A stretch of 64,000 bases of DNA from IMG/VR virus record IMGVR_UViG_3300029915_000731, positions 36,341 through 100,340 of that record. One strand, written 5' to 3'. The DNA is from a virus. Of this stretch, positions 51,179 to 60,174 are shown one piece after another. Position numbers and translations under genes: made by a program. Numbering within the stretch: position 1 is the stretch's first letter; each line of letters begins with the position of its first letter. The notes under the pieces are model-generated. The model was not told where the DNA came from. It saw only the letters and a list, made by a program, of their open reading frames with translations, and did not search any database.

Positions 51179-53452
51179 ATGGAAAAAGTCTCTTATTTAA
51201 GTCCAAGTGCAGGCCAACTCGAAGTCACTGTCATCCGCGACTCTCGCCCGTATGTGGCGATTACCCTCGACCTCGGAATTCCCAATTTTACTGTGTTTTC
51301 TTTGAAACTACCCCTCATTGAAGACAAACCGAATTCTATGAGCACTTTGGTTGCCGAAGCCATCCACGTCCTCATGGATGAGGTGTCTGCGTTCATGATT
51401 TCTATGGACTACAAGGAAGGGGTTATCGTCCAGCTCTATTCTGAAGTGATTGGTTGTTACAAGGGCATGTCTAGCGAAACCGACTCGAACAAATCGAAGT
51501 CCCCGGCCAGCAAAGACCCTATAGTGAAGAGTTTTGAGGGTTCCTTTAGGTTGCCATTAGCCTTCATTAACGAAACCTACGACAAGGTGGTCACCGCCAA
51601 GAAGGCGGGTAAGGTCATCCAAGTTGGCCCGAAGACTCGACACATTGAGTTCAAATATGAGAAACCCAACAAGCCCACGATGACCGACGCTCAGAAGGTC
51701 ATCAAAATGTATAAGACCCGCAGCCTCAAATCCCAACCAAACCCACTCTACATTGTAGTGTATGACCAGACAGGTAAACCCTATACGACCATCCCCTTGA
51801 ACACCGGGTTCAAGAACAAACTCCTCAAGGTCATCTACAAAAAGGGAGCCCATAGCCCCGAGTTTTCTCCCTCAGTGAAGTTCAACAGCGACATTGAAAT
51901 GAAGCTGACGAATGTGGTGGGCATCCCCCAAGACATTTCAGTAGGAAAGCAGGAGTTCAAAATTGAAGCATACACTGGGGACGATATGGCTCTCTATAGC
52001 TGCCATAAGGGTGGCTGGATTGTCAAGTTCCCCGATGGCCGCTGCGTGCCTTTTGAGTTCCGCCCCTCCATCCAGAGGCTGCGTTCGACCAATTATCCCG
52101 TTCCTTCCTCCTACCCTCGCTGGAAAATTATTCACGAGGATGAGGTAGAGGATAAGAGCAAGGAAGTCGATGCGGAAGGTAACGAGGTAAACGAGGCTGA
52201 CGCTGAGAAGCAGGCCGACAATACCGATGTTCTACCCACCGAGACCCCGGCTGAGGTGGACACCGTTGCCGACACGCCCATGGCCAGCCCGGAAGGAGTA
52301 AAAACTTCCTCCGATGATTTTCATCAAAGTCTAAAAGCGGCAATAGGAGCTTTTGATGAAGAGAAGACTGCGTCAGCCGCCCCTAAGTTGCGTAGGGACA
52401 ACCCCGGCGGGGAGTGGCTTGCAAGAAAGAAGCAGATTTCCATTGATGATGGTCGCGACCAGTGGGGTGGCTACTCCCGTCTCGGGGTGGTCACTGGGTA
52501 CTATAGCGGCACAGTCATGGTGCCCGTTCCTCTACTCGCAAAAGTCCCCGGATGCCGTGGAGAGCAGTCGAACCCCCGGCTCAACGCTCTTGAGGGCATT
52601 AAGCAGGTATTTCAGGAGACGGGGAGGCTTCCTCAAGGCCACGGTGGAGAAGACTATGCCCCTTTCATTATGGTTGACCAAGATGGCAAGCCGTGGGTGA
52701 ATGAAGGAAACCACCGCATCATGGCGGCGAAAGAGTTAGGCATCGAGTATCTCCCAGTTGAGGTGCGTTACTTCAACGGGGGAGAAGAGGTTGAGGGTGA
52801 GTTTAGCCCAAGCCACATTCAGCAGATGCACCAAGATGCGACCCAGCGGGGATTCTCCCCGGAGCACTACTTTAACAAAAAGACTGCCGCCGATGCCATG
52901 CGTTGCAGTTCCTGTGGACACGTGTTGGAAACAGGGGCGCAGGAGTCCTGCCCGGAGTGTGGCGAGCCCGTGTTTTGGTCTAGCTCGAACTCAGGAGCGT
53001 CAGGCATCCTCCCCATCTGCTCTTCTACAGGACGCATCTGTCTTGCATGGCGTTCGGCGAATGTACATAAGGGAAACTGCTGGGGTGTGTTAGGTGGGGC
53101 GGTCAAAGAAGGAATGACACCGGAACTTAGTGCTCGTAAGGAGATGGAGGAGGAGGTTGGTTATAAGGAGATGATTAAGCTCTTCCCTGCTTTTGTTTTT
53201 ACATCGGGGGACTTCAAATATTATAACTACCTCGGGCTCGTTAATCAAGAGTTCGGTTTTCACCCAACACAGAGTGCTACATGGGAGAACGATGGATTGG
53301 AGTGGTTTTCTCTGGAAGAGGTTGACGAGATGATGCGGATGGAGCCGGGGATGTTCCATCAGGGGGTTATCGCATTATTTAAGAACTCTAGAGAATTAAT
53401 TGAGCGAATGGTTGAAAAGTCAAGTAATAAACAATCTGAGAGGGCAAAATGA
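51179..53452 (+). CDS. Multidomain protein: ParB/Srx-like domain, Zn ribbon, NUDIX hydrolase
   Basis: PFIMVD...EGNHRIMAAKELG (ParB-like), CSSCG...CPECG, GGAVKEGMTPELSARKEMEEEVG (NUDIX box). Start moved downstream of the IS right end. Confidence 0.75.
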   Translation: MEKVSYLSPSAGQLEVTVIRDSRPYVAITLDLGIPNFTVFSLKLPLIEDKPNSMSTLVAEAIHVLMDEVSAFMISMDYKEGVIVQLYSEVIGCYKGMSSETDSNKSKSPASKDPIVKSFEGSFRLPLAFINETYDKVVTAKKAGKVIQVGPKTRHIEFKYEKPNKPTMTDAQKVIKMYKTRSLKSQPNPLYIVVYDQTGKPYTTIPLNTGFKNKLLKVIYKKGAHSPEFSPSVKFNSDIEMKLTNVVGIPQDISVGKQEFKIEAYTGDDMALYSCHKGGWIVKFPDGRCVPFEFRPSIQRLRSTNYPVPSSYPRWKIIHEDEVEDKSKEVDAEGNEVNEADAEKQADNTDVLPTETPAEVDTVADTPMASPEGVKTSSDDFHQSLKAAIGAFDEEKTASAAPKLRRDNPGGEWLARKKQISIDDGRDQWGGYSRLGVVTGYYSGTVMVPVPLLAKVPGCRGEQSNPRLNALEGIKQVFQETGRLPQGHGGEDYAPFIMVDQDGKPWVNEGNHRIMAAKELGIEYLPVEVRYFNGGEEVEGEFSPSHIQQMHQDATQRGFSPEHYFNKKTAADAMRCSSCGHVLETGAQESCPECGEPVFWSSSNSGASGILPICSSTGRICLAWRSANVHKGNCWGVLGGAVKEGMTPELSARKEMEEEVGYKEMIKLFPAFVFTSGDFKYYNYLGLVNQEFGFHPTQSATWENDGLEWFSLEEVDEMMRMEPGMFHQGVIALFKNSRELIERMVEKSSNKQSERAK

Positions 53453-53682
53453 TTACTAGAGTGACTCAGGTTGAACTGCAATCAGGTAGTGACATCCAAG
53501 TGTACTGGTTGAAACATGATCTGTACGAGCAGGTACTTAAAGCAGGTAGTCAGGTTAGATTGGGTGAAAGCGACAAGTATTGGGTTGTCCGTACTGCATG
53601 CGTCACCGTCTCAAGTGATGCTCACCTTCCACCTCACGCCCGAGTTGGCACGATTGACTACCTATATAACCCGGAAAAATAG
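53449..53682 (+). CDS. Hypothetical protein
   Basis: 77-aa ORF overlapping the previous stop. Confidence 0.55.
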   Translation: MITRVTQVELQSGSDIQVYWLKHDLYEQVLKAGSQVRLGESDKYWVVRTACVTVSSDAHLPPHARVGTIDYLYNPEK

Positions 53683-53773
53683 CGACGTGTAGCAATAAGG
53701 AGATGTATCCGTATGGTTCCACCAGTTGTACTACACAACTCGGCATCTAAGCCTAATTGTGAGGGGGATAGAA

Positions 53774-54433
53774 ATGCAATTTGAAGATTTAACCCAGTAT
53801 AAGCCCACAGCCAACATCAACATCCGTCGTGAAGATACCGGCGAAGTGTTATTTAGTGGGCACAATGTAATGACGAACACGGTTAAGTGGTTATTTGCCC
53901 GGTTACTCGCCAACGCCAATCCCACCGACCCCAATCCCCCTTACCCGCAAGGGCACGAACCCGCTTACGGTATCTGGGGCTTAGCCCTTGGCTCAGGGTC
54001 GCCGACGTGGCCAGCAGAGACGCAGCCGCAGGAAACTCCTGTTCAAACGGCTCTTGTTCAAGAGTTCGCCCGTAAGAAACTCTCACGTATCAACTATGTT
54101 ATCCCTGATGCTACAGGCACCTCATTCAACCCAGTGAATACGCTCTCCACTTACGTTGATTTTGAAGTGGTAGTAAACGCTACGACAGACAACATCACCC
54201 AGAGCATTCGAGAGATGGGTTTGATTGGCGGCGGAACGGTGAAGACCACCAACCCAGCCACCTACACCTCGATGGGGAACACCACCACCAACTACTTCGT
54301 CCCGGATATGACTCAGTACAGTACCGTGGCTGAAGCCGAGGATACAATCGTGTTAGTCAACTATAAGACTTTACCCCCTTTATTGCTCCCCCCTGGAATA
54401 AATGTGATTTTTTCTTGGGTTATAAGCTTCTGA
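53774..54433 (+). CDS. Putative tail-fibre attachment/baseplate protein
   Basis: HNVMTN...LALGSG...ALVQEFARK...IREMGLIGG...FSWVISF pattern resembling tail-collar/fibre N-terminal domains; GAGGGG SD before ATG 53774. Confidence 0.55.
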   Translation: MQFEDLTQYKPTANINIRREDTGEVLFSGHNVMTNTVKWLFARLLANANPTDPNPPYPQGHEPAYGIWGLALGSGSPTWPAETQPQETPVQTALVQEFARKKLSRINYVIPDATGTSFNPVNTLSTYVDFEVVVNATTDNITQSIREMGLIGGGTVKTTNPATYTSMGNTTTNYFVPDMTQYSTVAEAEDTIVLVNYKTLPPLLLPPGINVIFSWVISF

Positions 54434-54466
54434 TTCTAAAGGGTTTAACTCAACAATCAACCAAGT

Positions 54467-54493
54467 TACCGTTATCTATTACAGGAGCCGTAA
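54467..54493 (+). repeat. 27-bp direct repeat, copy 1 (promoter/RBS cassette)
   Basis: TACCGTTATCTATTACAGGAGCCGTAA, identical to 55082-55108. Confidence 0.9.
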
Positions 54494-54495
54494 CA

Positions 54496-54957
54496 ATGCC
54501 CTATAAGTGCTTCCTAATTGAACAGGACGGTGAGTGGAGGGAAGGCGAGTTGTGCAATTGTGGGTGTGGCACCTCTCTAGACTACAGCGGGTCATGGTGG
54601 GTTCGGAAAGACACTGGGGAACGCCATAAGCACATTCGAGATTTCGCAGTAGGCGCAATGTGGTTCGCCGACTGGCTTAAGCAGGGTAAAGGCGGCTACG
54701 GGTGGGACTGGGACAATCAGGATACGCCCCCACTTGTTGTAAAAACACCGGGCGGCGACTGGGTGATTGATAGTCGGGCAAGTAACTGCACGATGAAAGA
54801 CGATAAGTTACACCGTTGCTGGGTTCGTCACGGAGAGCCACCCATTATTACCGTTGATAAATCAGGGAATACCTGTGCGGCGGGAGCTGGTTCAATAATG
54901 TGCGGAAGTTATCACGGGTTTTTACGCGATGGGCACTTGACGGATGGTAACGGATAG
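54496..54957 (+). CDS. Hypothetical Cys/His/Trp-rich protein
   Basis: ATG 54496 behind AGGAG; C-terminal SI...HGFLRDG motif. Confidence 0.65.
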   Translation: MPYKCFLIEQDGEWREGELCNCGCGTSLDYSGSWWVRKDTGERHKHIRDFAVGAMWFADWLKQGKGGYGWDWDNQDTPPLVVKTPGGDWVIDSRASNCTMKDDKLHRCWVRHGEPPIITVDKSGNTCAAGAGSIMCGSYHGFLRDGHLTDGNG

Positions 54958-54993
54958 GACTTACGCTCACCTGCGGCTTGCCGCAGGCTCGTT

Positions 54994-55024
54994 AAGCTGC
55001 TGTGCTCACGTACAGCAGCTTTTC
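54994..55024 (+). terminator. Intrinsic terminator
   Basis: AAGCTGCTGT...ACAGCAGCTT stem plus T run after the stop at 54957. Confidence 0.55.
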
Positions 55025-55081
55025 GCATTTTGGGTAATTTCATTTGGCGTTCGAACAGGCAGTTCAGTCACTTTTATCCCC

Positions 55082-55108
55082 TACCGTTATCTATTACAGG
55101 AGCCGTAA
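55082..55108 (+). repeat. 27-bp direct repeat, copy 2
   Basis: Identical to 54467-54493; its last base is the A of ATG 55108. Confidence 0.9.
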
Positions 55109-55278
55109 TGGAAATCAAGTCGGTAGAGAAAAGGGACGACCTTTATTATTACACCATCACGGACGATGCTGGACGTGACCGGGTGATGGAATGTTGGCAC
55201 CCCGTGGGGATGCCTTCAAGGGAACGAGAAGCAGAAGCCCTTAAGTACGCTGCGGAGCTGTTCGATGAAATTGTGTGA
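55108..55278 (+). CDS. Small hypothetical protein
   Basis: MEIKSVEKRDD..., ATG behind AGGAG. Confidence 0.6.
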   Translation: MEIKSVEKRDDLYYYTITDDAGRDRVMECWHPVGMPSREREAEALKYAAELFDEIV

Positions 55279-55495
55279 GCTAGAGCCGGATGATCCCAAC
55301 TGGAAGCAATACATCGACCCCAATCTGCTCACCGAGGAGAAGGCCACTCTCATCTATAAATATAAAGCTGCGGGGACTCACCGGGAAGAAGAGTACATTG
55401 AAGAGATGGCCTACGCTCGTTGTTATTACATCCAAATCTACAACGAGCTAAAGGAACTAGAGACGCTGGATAGTCGAGGGTGGGAGCGCACGTAA
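55265..55495 (+). CDS. Hypothetical protein
   Basis: 76-aa ORF overlapping both neighbours. Confidence 0.6.
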   Translation: MKLCELEPDDPNWKQYIDPNLLTEEKATLIYKYKAAGTHREEEYIEEMAYARCYYIQIYNELKELETLDSRGWERT

Positions 55496-55968
55496 TGGCA
55501 TATATTTTGGCGGTTCAACTTTCGTTGCCCCAAGAGATGGGCGGCGGGGTAGAGAACACAGGCTACCGCCCGGTTCTCTCCGTGCGCTTCATTGAGACCC
55601 TCGTTCAAACCTTCCGTGTCTGCGGCGACACACTCTACCAGCTAGGTGCCACTGACTCGGGAAGTATCAACAACATTGTCCGTTGGAACCTTTTTCTGAT
55701 GCAATTCACCAAACCTATGAAGTGGGCGGAGTTGGATGCTGTTCCCATGAACCCAACCACGGCCTCCTCCCGTCTATTTACCGGACCACTACCCTCCGTT
55801 GACCCTCCGGTGTCTGAGGGGTTGCTCACGGTGACCGCCGCTGACTATGACCCCATCAAGGGGTGGTGGATTGAGTTCGCTGGGAACTACGACATTGCGT
55901 GTCCGATTTTCCGCGACTTCCCGCGAGTTCGTAGGCTCACCCCTAACTATCGCATTCGCATAGGCTAA
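55495..55968 (+). CDS. Hypothetical protein
   Basis: TAATG coupling with the previous gene. Confidence 0.6.
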   Translation: MAYILAVQLSLPQEMGGGVENTGYRPVLSVRFIETLVQTFRVCGDTLYQLGATDSGSINNIVRWNLFLMQFTKPMKWAELDAVPMNPTTASSRLFTGPLPSVDPPVSEGLLTVTAADYDPIKGWWIEFAGNYDIACPIFRDFPRVRRLTPNYRIRIG

Positions 55969-56001
55969 AAATCAAATTCCAAACTCATAATAGAGGCCAC
56001 T

Positions 56002-58278
56002 ATGAAGAACCCCCTATTAAAGACTGCCACACCCCGCCGTCCCCAATGGGAGCCGTGGAGTACCGACACTGATTTTTTGGCTGAGCTGGCTCGTTATCAA
56101 CAACCTATGCTTACTCAGCCTACCGGGGATTCCCAGTCTCGCATAAACGCTAATCCTCAGAATTCTTTTGGTGCCAAACACAACGTCAAGAAGTGGCTGA
56201 CGACGGCCTCCCTGTTGCAGAAAAAAGTAGCAGGGGTGCCCCCCTTTAACCCTGAAGAGCTGTGTAAGTGCGACCACCCGCGCAAAGGACATAACATGTT
56301 TGGGTGCCAGTACCGCAGAAAGGATTCCAACACGATGTGCGGGTGCTCCGGGTTTCGTCCTAATAAGCCGGGAAACCCGGAGACTGGGCCTTGGCACCCC
56401 ACAGAGGAAGAGCAACTTGCAGAGTGTGTGCATTGCGGACAGGACGCCACAACGGTATGCCCAGAGTGCGACTCTACCTTCTGCAAAAAGTGCTGGCCTC
56501 GGCACTACAAGGATAGTCCCGAGTGTTTGGTCTATCAGCCGGGTCAACCCCTCGACCCTAATAAGAAAGCGTTCAAAGGGATAAGAGAACAGAATGAATT
56601 GGCAGAGAGGTTCCGTAGAAAGCATGACAGGTTTCCCACCGAAGCCGAGTTTAGTGAGATGGAAAATGCGATGGCAAGAAAAAAGCCGAATACCCTCTCT
56701 CTAGACCAGCGGAATGAGTTGCTATCCAAAGGCTACTCCCGCGATACCCTCGACGCCATACCTCAAGGGGACACATACACTCAATCGGAGTTGGCAGTAC
56801 AACGAGGCCGTAGGAAACACCAGTCTCCACCTAATATGTCCCCCGCGAGCCCAGCGCAACCCGCCGTGACCTGTCCGAGGTGCGGCCATTCGATTAAGGC
56901 AAAAGACACCTATTGTAAGGCTTGTGGTGTGACTTTGAAAAAAGCCCCGGCACCAGCAGCTCCTACCCCGGCACCAGCAGAAGCGGCACCCGCTGTGGCT
57001 CAAAAAGCTCGTATCGACGCGGTGACTAAAAACGACCTGCTCACACTCGGATACCACTTTGATGATTTCTCCAATATGACACAGGATGAGGTTGACAAAA
57101 TCCTGAAAGAGGGGATTTTTGCGGGTGGAAGGAGACCACTCAGAACGAGTAGCCTCGCCGAGAAACTTGGGTGGAAGAAGGTACAAGGTGGGTATAAGCA
57201 CCCGAAGCTGGGCTCCCTTGCTGTCAAAGGTAAGGCGTGGCAGCTACAGCAGGGGGGTAAGGTTGTGGCTTCAGGTAGCAGTGACACCAGTTGGAGGGTC
57301 GCCGCTCGTAAGCTGGCACGTGAGAACAAGCCCCCCATGCCCTACCACACCCCATCGGGTGAGTGTCAGTGTGAGAACAACCACGGTGAGCATGATGACC
57401 ACTCCTGCCCGAATGGTGCGTGCAACATTGTGGAGACCACCTATGGCAACTTCGATATGTGCTACGACTGCGCCCAAGCCGTGTCCCCAGAATTCCTAAA
57501 GGGGCATCAGCAGCAGTGGGTATTGAAGCGGGATGGGACTATTGTTCTCGGTCCTTGCACGGACATAGAAATTACACAGTACATTCACCGGAATCACTCC
57601 TACTCCATGTCGCACGCTCTCGCTCATGAGGGCTACTCTATTGCGAAAGCACAACCCGGAGACGCGGTGGGCAACCCGACCTTCAGCAAAGACGACCAAG
57701 AGATGATGAAACGGATGGGGATTCAGGCAAATAAGGCTTGGAAGATGAGACCCCCGACTGGTGATGCACCGAAGCTGTTGAAAGAGCGGATCGGCAAAAC
57801 TGAGTGGCACAGCCACGACATGAGCCTAGCTCAGCACCACCCTAAGTGTCAATGTGCCCGATGTGAACCCATGGGTCGTCCGTGCGATTGTAAGCACTGT
57901 CGTGCCCTTCGTGTATCTCAGGGGAAGAGGGCGGGTTGGCAGAATCCACTCCTAAAAAAAGCTGACGAGACAGCACTGGCTCGTGTCTCGAAGATGGAAA
58001 CAGTAGGTCGCCAGATGGTAGAAAAGCTTCGCGAGGAGAATTCGAGGAAGCGCAACTCCATGCCAGAAGGTTTCGACTTTGTCGGCCCCGCTGTGAGCTG
58101 TAGCGATTGGCTCACTGCTATGCTGAGAAGCATCCCGAACCTCATGTCGATGAACATCGACTATGATTTGCTCCTCAAAGAACTAGGCAAGGTCTGGGAG
58201 AAGGTCAAACCCGGTGACGATGAAGAGATTCCTGAACCCCCAGCCAAGATGGACAGCCCACTGATTGTTGGAGAGTAG
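56002..58278 (+). CDS. Multidomain Cys/His-rich protein (several Zn-finger modules)
   Basis: Multiple CxC/CxxC clusters separated by low-complexity linkers; NPLLKTA and NPLLKKA motifs. Confidence 0.75.
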   Translation: MKNPLLKTATPRRPQWEPWSTDTDFLAELARYQQPMLTQPTGDSQSRINANPQNSFGAKHNVKKWLTTASLLQKKVAGVPPFNPEELCKCDHPRKGHNMFGCQYRRKDSNTMCGCSGFRPNKPGNPETGPWHPTEEEQLAECVHCGQDATTVCPECDSTFCKKCWPRHYKDSPECLVYQPGQPLDPNKKAFKGIREQNELAERFRRKHDRFPTEAEFSEMENAMARKKPNTLSLDQRNELLSKGYSRDTLDAIPQGDTYTQSELAVQRGRRKHQSPPNMSPASPAQPAVTCPRCGHSIKAKDTYCKACGVTLKKAPAPAAPTPAPAEAAPAVAQKARIDAVTKNDLLTLGYHFDDFSNMTQDEVDKILKEGIFAGGRRPLRTSSLAEKLGWKKVQGGYKHPKLGSLAVKGKAWQLQQGGKVVASGSSDTSWRVAARKLARENKPPMPYHTPSGECQCENNHGEHDDHSCPNGACNIVETTYGNFDMCYDCAQAVSPEFLKGHQQQWVLKRDGTIVLGPCTDIEITQYIHRNHSYSMSHALAHEGYSIAKAQPGDAVGNPTFSKDDQEMMKRMGIQANKAWKMRPPTGDAPKLLKERIGKTEWHSHDMSLAQHHPKCQCARCEPMGRPCDCKHCRALRVSQGKRAGWQNPLLKKADETALARVSKMETVGRQMVEKLREENSRKRNSMPEGFDFVGPAVSCSDWLTAMLRSIPNLMSMNIDYDLLLKELGKVWEKVKPGDDEEIPEPPAKMDSPLIVGE

Positions 58279-58280
58279 CT

Positions 58281-59036
58281 GTGTTTAAATCTAGATTTCT
58301 GAATAAGGTAGCTGCCGACGAACTGAGCACCCTCCAAGCTAAGCTGGATAAGGTACGAATTCAGGCCGATGAAAACGAGGAGCGGACTGAGCTGGCTTGG
58401 ACGGCGGCTGGAAAAGAGGCGGAACGACTGGGGTTGCGGTCTGTTGCTGCGTTAAGGGCTCAGGAGCCCACTAATCAATTTGTGAAAAACCTCGATGCGT
58501 TGCAGAAGGCGTGGAAGACCCTCGACATAGAGAGGTACCATCTTGAGGGAGAGGTTCGAGCTGCAAAGGTGCCATCGGTACCCCATATCATCAACCCAAA
58601 GGAAATTAAACAACTGGTTGACAAGGCCACTATCTTGGTCACACGGGGCGGCAAAGTCTACGCCTATCCAGACTATGACCCGGACAGCGAACACTACACG
58701 CACTCAAGTCTGTTCAATCAGGTACACTCGGAGCTGGAGACTGAAGAGACCGGGGACTACGTGAAAGTCGATGATGTCCGCCCCAGCCAGTTTCTTGATA
58801 TTGGGGGTATAACGGCGTTTTCGGAAGGCAACGATTCAGCCTCCATCCGCATCGGCCTCCGCGCCCCAGATGTTATTTCTCGCGTACTCGATTTAATGGA
58901 GTACCTCAATCGGGGAACCATTGAGTTTGAGTACGAGAATACAGATGACCAGAAAGACAGATTCTACACTATAGGGCCACAGAACCGGGTTCGCCAAGAG
59001 CTGCGTAACTGGCGGGATGAGCTAGATGAAGTATAA
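58281..59036 (+). CDS. Hypothetical protein
   Basis: 251 aa, GTG start behind GGAG; begins MFKSRFLNKVAA. Confidence 0.7.
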   Translation: MFKSRFLNKVAADELSTLQAKLDKVRIQADENEERTELAWTAAGKEAERLGLRSVAALRAQEPTNQFVKNLDALQKAWKTLDIERYHLEGEVRAAKVPSVPHIINPKEIKQLVDKATILVTRGGKVYAYPDYDPDSEHYTHSSLFNQVHSELETEETGDYVKVDDVRPSQFLDIGGITAFSEGNDSASIRIGLRAPDVISRVLDLMEYLNRGTIEFEYENTDDQKDRFYTIGPQNRVRQELRNWRDELDEV

Positions 59037-59376
59037 CCTAGAACAACACGACAGTAGCTGGTACCTCATGGGGCTCCCGGAAGACCTAGCCCTCTCCAGT
59101 GATGGGGAGGGGGTTGAGTTCGAAGAGCCCCCTGAGCCTGAGCCCAACACGTGGCTTTGGATTCCCCGCTTCCATGACAGGCTGGACTTCTTCGAGGGAG
59201 TCTACGCTGCCCTCTACACGAAAATCCACCGCAATCTGGCCATCCGTGAGGGCGACATCTTCTCCACCCCAGTTGGTCAGCTCGTCTACAAGAATAGCGA
59301 CCTCTTCCCGTTTGATGAAACAGCCGAAGAATACTATACCAAAATCCAGGGGGCCGTGGCTGTATCAGAGGTGTAG
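59026..59376 (+). CDS. Hypothetical acidic protein (gene X)
   Basis: 116 aa; its 3' end has a degenerate paralog at 63282-63363. Confidence 0.65.
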   Translation: MKYNLEQHDSSWYLMGLPEDLALSSDGEGVEFEEPPEPEPNTWLWIPRFHDRLDFFEGVYAALYTKIHRNLAIREGDIFSTPVGQLVYKNSDLFPFDETAEEYYTKIQGAVAVSEV

Positions 59377-59447
59377 CTCAGCCAAGACCTGTGTAAACCA
59401 AGTCCCTGCTGCTTTCAAATGCATCCAGTGGGAGCGAGGGGCAGTGA
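59351..59447 (+). pseudogene. 5' fragment of a SAM-methyltransferase paralog
   Basis: GPWLYQRCSSAKTCVNQVPAAFKCIQW aligns with GPWMYQQYTSAMTCVNQVPATFKTIDW of the gene at 63374. Confidence 0.8.
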
Positions 59448-59600
59448 GTTCATCTGCCTATCTTGTGGGCATCGGGATAATGCAGACCACAATGGAGCAA
59501 TCAACATCTTGGGACGGAGCGTCCCACTAGACGTTAACGTGAGCGGAGTAACGCTGTGCGTAGTCTAGGAATCCACCCCATTCATGGGGTGGAGGTTCAA
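59446..59600 (+). mobile_element. Truncated tnpB 3' end with omegaRNA scaffold and IS200/IS605 right end
   Basis: Frame EFICLSCGHRDNADHNGAINILG...stop 59568 (Zn finger/RuvC-III); CTAGAC...GTCTAG stem; hairpin CCACCCCAT-TC-ATGGGGTGG; ends GGTTCAA at 59600. Confidence 0.85.
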
Positions 59601-59700
59601 GTTCGACAGTTGCGATGGTGTCGTTGTTCGACGGTTACGATGGTGTCGTTGTTCAAACGGTTCCGACGTTTTTACGTTCGACGGTTACGATGGTGTCGTT
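59601..59700 (+). repeat. 25-nt periodic repeat (three near-identical units plus one degenerate)
   Basis: 59626-59650 and 59676-59700 are GTTCGACGGTTACGATGGTGTCGTT; 59601-59625 has 2 mismatches; 59651-59675 is degenerate. Confidence 0.9.
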
Positions 59701-60174
59701 GTGAGCCGCACCGTGCGTAACGAGAAGTATCTCTTTGAGTTCGTACCCTCGTGTCAAGCCGAAGCCCATAGAGTTCCAGCCGAAGCAAATGGCGATACCG
59801 CCCGGTTTGAGCATTCTATCGAGGCCGTCTTTCACCCGCTTGTAGAGCCGCCCGTTTTGAGTGTCCTGTGTACCACACTTCCGTCCAATTTGCTGATAGC
59901 ATTCGGAAATTTGTCTGGGACTATAAGGCGGGTCGAAAAGCACCACGTCGGCACTAACAATAACCTGCTCTACAAAATCCTCGGCAAGCATGTGATATTG
60001 AGCAGTCGTGGCGGGGTTGAGGTCATTCGTCACCGTACCCCTAGTGGAGTTTCTGGCAAAGGGGTCAACAATTACTTGCCCTTCAGTGAGCCATCTGTCA
60101 AGTAACCGCTTGACCGGGGGCAGAGAGAACGTCTCCGCGTTGCCCATCGCAAACTCACGGTTCCATGAAATCAT
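59653..60174 (-). CDS. Small DNA adenine methyltransferase
   Basis: VDPFARNS (SAM-binding) and LFDPPY (amino-MTase catalytic motif). Confidence 0.75.
   Translation of the reverse strand: MISWNREFAMGNAETFSLPPVKRLLDRWLTEGQVIVDPFARNSTRGTVTNDLNPATTAQYHMLAEDFVEQVIVSADVVLFDPPYSPRQISECYQQIGRKCGTQDTQNGRLYKRVKDGLDRMLKPGGIAICFGWNSMGFGLTRGYELKEILLVTHGAAHNDTIVTVERKNVGTV

Noticed and set aside
59099-59530. 143-aa ORF as a real gene
   Set aside because: A chimera of an alternative frame of gene X, the MTase 5' fragment and out-of-frame tnpB remnant.
59601-59700. 25-nt repeats as a mini CRISPR array
   Set aside because: Units are directly tandem with no unique spacers, one copy is coding sequence of the MTase gene, and no cas genes are in the window.
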